The notes under the pieces are model-generated. The model was not told the origin of the DNA. It made no database searches and was given only the letters and a program-made list of their open reading frames with translations. Below, piece after piece: positions 62,236 through 64,000 of a DNA stretch of 64,000 nt. Source of the stretch: Malacoraja senta (taxonomy: Eukaryota); assembly GCA_038087875.1 (NCBI GenBank), contig JAXLNO010000174.1, forward strand, positions 124,001 through 188,000. Reading direction: 5' to 3'. Numbering within the stretch: the stretch's first letter is position 1; every line of letters begins with the position of its first letter. Both the position numbers and the translations under genes were made by a program.

Positions 62236-64000
62236 CTGTGTGAGCTTGACTTGTGCCAGCCAGCAGCATTTGATTCCTCGCTACACCAACACCGCACGCA
62301 GAAACGCCGAGATTTTTTTCCCATTTCGTTAGAGATTTCGCTTTTCTTTACGAGTAGCCACTCCTGATTAAATTTCGTCATGTTTATGTACACATTTTAA
62401 ATACATTCCTTCTCCCCCTCACCCCCAAAATTTCACATGTTAAAAAAGAAAAGCTCTCAGCCATAGAATGTTATTGAAGGTTCCATCGTGTGATGTCACA
62501 ATGCCCAATGCTCCCAGATGTCCAATCGGAATGGATCCATTTACATATGCCTTTGCAGCAGCCCAGCGCCAGCCCCACCCCCCACCCCCGCAGCCTGTGT
62601 CGAAGCGCGTCATCACGTGTGTGGGAATAGAGAAAGAGGATTGGGGGTGATAGGGAATGGGGAACAGATGAACTGTCACTACCTCTCCTCCATCCACTCT
62701 CCGTTCCCATTATTTCCCCTCACTCCCCCACCCCTCTCCCCTACCTCCGCACTCTTACTCCTCCCTCCCCTACCCCAAATCCCTCCTCCCCTCCCTCCAC
62801 ATCACCCACCCCCCTCCCGCACATCTCACTCTCGCTCCCCATCCCTCGCCCCCCCTCCCCATCACTCTCTCCTACCCCGCTCCATCTCCCTCTCCTCACC
62901 AGCTCCCTCTGCTCCCCCTCCTACTCCCACCCCCATCCCTCTCTCCCCCACCCCCTTACCTCTCCCCCGTTCCCTCCTCCACCCCTTCCCTCTCTCCTCC
63001 TCCCCCTTCCCCCACCCCCTTCACTCAGCCACCCCCTTCCCTCTCTCACCCACCCCCTGCCCCCTCCCCACTCTTCCCCCTCCATCCACACTCTACCCCC
63101 TCTACCCCTTCCCCATCTCCCTCCTCGCCTCCCATCTCCCCCACACCTCTCTCCCCCTCCCATCTCTCCTCCCCTCCTCCACCCCTCCCTCCTCCCCCTC
63201 TCCATCTCGCTCTCCTCACCCCTCTCCCTCTCATCCCCTCCTCCTCCCACCCCACCCCCATCTCCCCCAACCCCTTCCCTCTCTACCCCACCCCTTCCCT
63301 CTCTCCCCCCGCCCCCTTCCCCCTACCCCTCAGTGCCTCTTCCACTACTCCCCTACCCCTCCCTCCCCACTCTTCCACTTCTGTCCACCCTACCCCACCC
63401 TTCTCCTTCTCCCCCCACACCTCTCTCTCCCCTCCCTTCTCCTCCATCCCCCACCCCTTCCCCTACCTCTCTATACCTCTTCCACCACTCACCTACACCT
63501 TCACCTCCCTCCCTCCTCACCCTTCCACATCTATTCCCTCCACCCCCTCCCACTCTATATCCCCACTCTTTCCCCTCTCTCCCACACCCCTCTCCGCCTC
63601 CCTCCACACTCTTCTTCCTCCCTCCCCTACCCAATCTTCCTCCTTCCCCCCGCCCCCATCCCTCCCCCTCCTCTCCCCCTCCTCCATCCCTCTCTCCTCC
63701 CGTCCCGCACCCCTCTCTCCTCACCCCTCTCCCTCTCCTCCCCTCCTCCTCACCTCCTCCTCCCACCCTCATCTCTCTCTCCCCACCCCCTTCTCACTCC
63801 ACACTCTTCCACCTCCCTCCACAATCTTCCCCCTCCCTCCCCTACCCCTCTCCTTAACCCCCCTCCCTCCCCATCCTCCCCTCCCCCACAGCTCCCCCTC
63901 CCCATCCCTCTCTCCACCGTCCCCCTTCCCTCTCTACCCCCACCCTCTTCCACTTACCCCTCTGTCCTTCATCTACCACTCCTCCTACCGCTCCCTCCCC
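62137..64000 (+). mobile_element. Helitron-like non-autonomous unit (same family as 35929-33485), runs off the window
   Basis: Head TCTATCTACATTTAAAACTCTG(TG)n. 62242-62680 is homologous to the reverse complement of 35280-35690, followed by a C/T-rich tract. Confidence 0.6.

Overview
Eukaryotic, repeat-dense vertebrate DNA. The CR1/HER1-type LINE tails (...GGCCGAATGGCCTACTCCTGCACCTATTTTCTATGTTTCTATG) suggest a cartilaginous fish (shark, skate or ray); that is an inference. Layout: (1) a degenerate DIRS tyrosine-recombinase retrotransposon pol fragment, then a 200-N gap. (2) A ~14 kb x 2 fold-back palindrome (1916-~16040 / ~16290-30478) that is probably an assembly artefact. It holds a nested stack: a full-length L1 with TSD, inserted in a 90-bp tandem repeat heading a CR1 with an esterase ORF1, which abuts a DIRS gag. 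(3) Head-to-tail Helitron-like non-autonomous units with very purine-rich interiors. (4) A degenerate endogenous retrovirus (two LTRs, tRNA-Pro PBS, gag, an unexplained ORF before the 3' LTR), interrupted by L1, Gypsy and CR1 insertions. (5) Many CR1/Rex fragments and microsatellites. The only convincing host gene is not recovered by the ORF track: a two-exon minus-strand beta-defensin-like gene at 52734-53538 with a signal peptide, phase-1 intron, C-x6-C-x3-C-x11-C-x5-CC motif, TATA box and AATAAA. All family assignments come from motif recognition by eye; no database searches were run.
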